From contig CBDANS010000006.1 in NCBI GenBank assembly GCA_965197745.1, forward strand, positions 768,001-832,000: DNA of 64,000 nucleotides. The letters run 5' to 3'. The notes under the pieces are model-generated. The model did not search any database. It saw only the letters and a list, made by a program, of their open reading frames with translations, and had not been told where the DNA came from. This stretch comes from Opitutales bacterium (GTDB lineage Bacteria > Verrucomicrobiota > Verrucomicrobiia > Opitutales > PNEW01). Position 1 is the stretch's first letter, and each line of letters begins with the position of its first letter. Both the position numbers and the translations under genes were made by a program. Below, piece by piece: positions 59,873-64,000 of the stretch.

Positions 59873-60800
59873 TTTTCCTTCACGCGAATAATATCGTCCG
59901 GTTTAACTAAAGGGTCAAAATCCCGAATTCCTTTCTCCAGGATATCAGCAACATTAACTTCAATATTCTTTTCTTCATCGGTGAGAGATTTTTTAGCGCG
60001 TATTAATTTTACCTTTCGCTTTTCTGCATATTGAGTAAACCCGCCCGCCCGCAAGATGGCTTTACTCACCGTAAAATCACGTCCGGGTGGAAGGTCGTAG
60101 AGGCCTAGGGAGTTAACAGCACCGACTATGGAAAATTGTCCGCCGGCCTGTTCCAAACGTGGAATGAGAATGAGATCATTGGGTTCCACGGTCATATCAT
60201 TTTCAAAACGTCCGGTTTCAAATATTTTTCCAACATCGACTTCTCTTCGTATTTCGGCATTGCTGTCTCCTGGATCTTTACGAATAATGGTTACTTTCGA
60301 CTTGTCGGCAGCGACTAAAAAACCTCCGGCCCGCAATATAGCGTCACTGACCATTAATACCTCATCAACGGGAATTAATTGAGGACCGGGTCTCCCGACT
60401 TCACCAAGAAGAATAAATCGCCCCCGACTGTTTGTTTCTGTCTGTTGTTTTAGAATTACTGTGGATTGGTAGTAATAATCGACTTCGAGTTTACTCTTGA
60501 TTTCGTAGGCGATATTTTGACTGGTATTTCCGGCTGCGTGAATTAACCCGAGCAGCGGCACATCAATTTCACCGCGGTCATTGACAAAGAGAATATGGGC
60601 TGGTTCCCGATCCTCAACAACCATGTAGCTTAGCCGGTCACCTACATCCAGTGCACGCTTATTATCGAGCAAAGACATCTGATCTAGAGGGGGGGCTCCT
60701 CAGCCCAGCCAATATGTCCGCTTATCCCAAAAGAATAAAGAATCGTTAAGATAAGGAGATAGCCATGAATACCTGTAAAAAGTATATTCTTAAAAATCAT
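59857..60800 (-). pseudogene. Polysaccharide export protein (Poly_export + 2 SLBB), signal peptide out of frame
   Basis: VGDRL..GEIDVPLLG, AILRAGGF x2; signal peptide from ATG 60800 joins the body only if the G7 run (60689-60695) gains one base. Confidence 0.8.
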
Positions 60801-62064
60801 AGCTTAATCCCGTAATGAACCGATTCTGATCATATATGCGTTCTGCGACATTTGAATTCTTACTTACTATATAATAATTGAACTGCCAATTCAGTTTAGG
60901 AGAAATTTTGTAAACCAATTTAGTTTCAAAGATAAAGCGGTTAGAAGATTCAGGCAGCACTCCACCGGAATCTTCAGATTTTTCATATGTAAATGATCCT
61001 GTTACTCTCATATTTCGAATCGCATCCAAAGCAAAGGCATAACCAATGCTTTCAACTGTCGTACTATTAGCAATAAAACCCAGATAGGTCCTTCGCTCAA
61101 TATTTAATGAATGAGAATAGTTTCTATTAAAAGCGTGGCTTAACCTAAGCCTCAAATTTATAGTATCGGTGTCAGCGACATCACTGTTGTCACCAGAATT
61201 ATCGAAGTCTATAATGGTCCAATTTGTATGTAAGGCAAGTCTTATGAAGCGGGAAATCTCCCAATTAAGATAAGGCCCTATCGTATATCCTTTGTTACTG
61301 TTCTGATAGTCTTCCTGGTATTCCGTAGTGTAAAATGAGCCCTCTAGACCCAATGTCATATTAGTGGCAAACATGAAACTACCACTCATCCGAAATGAGT
61401 TTTGCGTACGATCGGTAAAATCAAACTCTGCATCCAAAGGTGCGATATCACTTCGTTCATACCCCATGTTAAATATAAACTGGTTGAGATCCAGTTCAGC
61501 ACCAATGCCTATTCTATTATCAAACCGATTATAGCTCAAAATATCGAAGGATACTTCCTGTGTTTCAGGGTCCACTAATATAGAATCAGTGGGATCAGTG
61601 GAAAAACTCAATTTATCGTAAATTCGAAATTCTATTCCTTTTATCAGTATCTTGAAAGCGATCTCCGTGTCCGGGGTTAATAATAGAAAGTTATTACCTG
61701 AATTCAACTCAGGGTGATCAAAATATTTAAGATAATTAGCCCCTAAATTAAATGATATACTATTAATGGGAGATATATCCCAATTGCCCGATAAATCGAT
61801 TCCCGCAATGAAGATAAAATCTGTTAAGTCATTCGTTCCCGATGCACTGATATTGTCGTTATATTCCAGAGACATCCTCGCTGTCAGGTCCATCGTGATG
61901 GACCCCGCCTTTACGTTTTTACCCTGAGCTCTCGCCATCCCCGTTATAATAACGTTAGGAATCAGCAGACAAATAACGATGACACCGATTCTTTGCCAGG
62001 GGACTATTCCCTTTCTTACCCGGAAAATTAACCAGGTTTTAAATAGTGGGGATAGATGATGCAT
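60790..62064 (-). CDS. Outer-membrane beta-barrel protein of the EPS export locus
   Basis: EYNDNI..DFI start, alternating aromatic strands, C-terminal YDQNR..LSYDF. Confidence 0.82.
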   Translation of the reverse strand: MHHLSPLFKTWLIFRVRKGIVPWQRIGVIVICLLIPNVIITGMARAQGKNVKAGSITMDLTARMSLEYNDNISASGTNDLTDFIFIAGIDLSGNWDISPINSISFNLGANYLKYFDHPELNSGNNFLLLTPDTEIAFKILIKGIEFRIYDKLSFSTDPTDSILVDPETQEVSFDILSYNRFDNRIGIGAELDLNQFIFNMGYERSDIAPLDAEFDFTDRTQNSFRMSGSFMFATNMTLGLEGSFYTTEYQEDYQNSNKGYTIGPYLNWEISRFIRLALHTNWTIIDFDNSGDNSDVADTDTINLRLRLSHAFNRNYSHSLNIERRTYLGFIANSTTVESIGYAFALDAIRNMRVTGSFTYEKSEDSGGVLPESSNRFIFETKLVYKISPKLNWQFNYYIVSKNSNVAERIYDQNRFITGLSYDF

Positions 62065-62320
62065 TTACGCGTGAAGGTGAACGTAAACATGGGATGAATT
62101 TATTGCTGTAAATAATATATTAAAAAGATTTAAAACGCCTCTTTAATATTGCAATATCATAAACAACGCATTATAAAATTGAATGCACTATGAAAGCTCC
62201 CTAACGACAAGACAGCATTTAGTGCTATATAAATTTATTATATATAATATACATTAGAGCTATATAATAAAGTATTAAGTTAGACTCTAATTATTGCCGC
62301 TTTTATAACATTCGCTGAAG

Positions 62321-64000
62321 GTGAAACACAGTAGTATTAATCATTCAATTCCAGCATATGCGAGTATTGGGATTCGATACATTTTAACCAGCTTCATTTT
62401 CATAATTGGGGGTATCTCGTCGGCTGCAGGTAAAGAGGAAATTAACCTGGTCGAACTAAAACCGGCTACAAAATCCGAGTTGACACGTTCCCAAAAAAAC
62501 CTCGCGCGATGGCACATGGACACCACTCTTCTCGTCAGCGATGAAAACAGGATACTTAAGACCATTTCCCTGGATAATCAGAAAGACTATGAGGAATCCG
62601 CCCTTCTCGGCGACGACGAATCCGTAACCTATAGAATAAAAGCAGGTGAGACAACCTTCACTTTGGATCTGGGAGACTTTTATAATATAAACCGCTTTCA
62701 CTTTGAAAGTCTATCCGCTCAGGGAAGGATAGAAATTCAAGTCTCAAATACGCTCCGCGATAAAGATAGTAATCGCTGGATAACAGTTGCCGAACCTATG
62801 GAATTCATACCCGGGAACCCGGTTAACATCGTCTTTCCTATGATTGAAGGTCGATTTGTAAATATTATTTTTTCCATTCAGGAAGAAGGTGAAATCAGCA
62901 GCTTTAATATATTCGGAGACACTACAGTTGCAGAAATAGAAACGCGAGAATATGAAGAGGTTATCCCCTTAGCGTTGGATCCTGCGTCAGGTAAAACAGT
63001 CACCCACGACTATGCTTCACTTCACACGGGGTCGAACATTTCGCATGTCAGCTCAGGTGATCTCGTAAACGCCAACAGTATGATTGATGACGATATTCGG
63101 TCCTATTATGATTTTGCCCAAAACGCCGGAGAATCTGTTCTTGTCCTTGATCTCGAGAATCAATCGGATATAGACCGAATCTCCCTTCTCCTCGACTCTG
63201 GTCAGGGGAAAATGGACTTTTATTTTCTCGATAAACTCCCTGAGACAAATGCCAGTAAAGCGGGAGGTGAAATTCCCGAGGGGTCTCCTGATGATACAGG
63301 TGCTGCCAAACGGAAAATAGCTACAATAATTCTCACTCAAATAACCGGTGATGTCACTTATCGTGTGAATGCAAAGGAACCGGCACAGATCGGACAAAAC
63401 GGGGTAAGAATGAGAGAGGGAGCAGTCGTAGAAACAGGCATTGATTCCACCGCTGTCCTCTTGTTTTCCAACGGATCTACTTTAACCCTATCGGAAAAAA
63501 CAAAAATTGATGTTGATCAATTCACCCAAGAGCCTTTCACAACGGATGTCGAAAGTTTTATCGATGCCGACGAAGAACCCAGCATAAGCATAACAATGCT
63601 TAAACTCAATTATGGGGAAATAGTAGGGGACGTAAAAAAATTAAAAGCAAAATCCATTTATGAAATTGAAACGCCGGTAGGAATAGGTGGCATACGGGGA
63701 ACCAGCTTTATCATCCAGGTGATTGAAGCCATTGATGGCACATTCACCGCCTTATTTGGTGTGAATCAAGGTTTGCTGGAAGTCATTCCATTGGGGCAGG
63801 GTGGAATCAATATTTCCACGAAAAATCAAATAATCATAAACATCGCAGATGACCCCAAGACCGGTGAAAAGTCCGTCATTACAACCGGCACACAAGGCCT
63901 TGATCCCGAGCTTGTCTCTCAAATTGAGCAGACGATAACTGAAGCGATAGATGTATTTAAAGAAAGCGCGGGAGCAATAATACTGATTGAAGGAACTGAC
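62321..64000 (+). CDS. Large secreted protein, discoidin-like domains plus FecR-like domain (partial, runs off window)
   Basis: Own translation from GTG 62321, open to the end: signal region, KNLARWHM, FTLDLG, VLDLE, LLFSNGS, ETPVGIGGIRGTSF; absent from the ORF track because there is no stop. Confidence 0.8.
   Translation, partial: MKHSSINHSIPAYASIGIRYILTSFIFIIGGISSAAGKEEINLVELKPATKSELTRSQKNLARWHMDTTLLVSDENRILKTISLDNQKDYEESALLGDDESVTYRIKAGETTFTLDLGDFYNINRFHFESLSAQGRIEIQVSNTLRDKDSNRWITVAEPMEFIPGNPVNIVFPMIEGRFVNIIFSIQEEGEISSFNIFGDTTVAEIETREYEEVIPLALDPASGKTVTHDYASLHTGSNISHVSSGDLVNANSMIDDDIRSYYDFAQNAGESVLVLDLENQSDIDRISLLLDSGQGKMDFYFLDKLPETNASKAGGEIPEGSPDDTGAAKRKIATIILTQITGDVTYRVNAKEPAQIGQNGVRMREGAVVETGIDSTAVLLFSNGSTLTLSEKTKIDVDQFTQEPFTTDVESFIDADEEPSISITMLKLNYGEIVGDVKKLKAKSIYEIETPVGIGGIRGTSFIIQVIEAIDGTFTALFGVNQGLLEVIPLGQGGINISTKNQIIINIADDPKTGEKSVITTGTQGLDPELVSQIEQTITEAIDVFKESAGAIILIEGTD

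Overview
Bacterial chromosomal window. The gene content (exosortase/EPS locus, 'MKSxYELAMERL' and 'KNLARWHM' hypothetical proteins) suggests Verrucomicrobiota/Opitutales; this is inference. The left half (1-27.7 kb) is accessory-like. It holds a 2,922-bp IS1595-family element with 24-bp terminal inverted repeats (TIRs), an 8-bp target duplication, a frameshifted transposase and passenger genes, including two paralogous ORFs that each carry a same-register antisense ORF. The element sits 11 bp upstream of a complete fhs-mgdABCD-gmaS-mgsABC N-methylglutamate (methylamine) cluster. Further on are a divergent DapA-like aldolase, an IR-flanked GIY-YIG remnant, transporters and tRNA-Arg(CCG). The best candidate for an undescribed system is at 27.9-33.0 kb: a 'PhnDCE-like' ABC transporter whose binding protein shows transferrin-type Tyr/Tyr/His motifs instead of phosphonate-binding residues, followed by a FecA-like TonB receptor, with three copies of a Fur-like TGAGACT-N-AGTCTCA palindrome in the two promoters. 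This points to a bacterial transferrin-like iron importer. The right half has housekeeping genes (lpdA, rarA, thiD, thyA, folA), comEC frameshifted at a T8 run, an SPT-like/GT9/GT4/FabB/ACP-dehydratase lipid cluster and an exosortase-EPS export locus with disrupted wzc and SLBB genes. All calls come from reading motifs by eye; no database searches were run.
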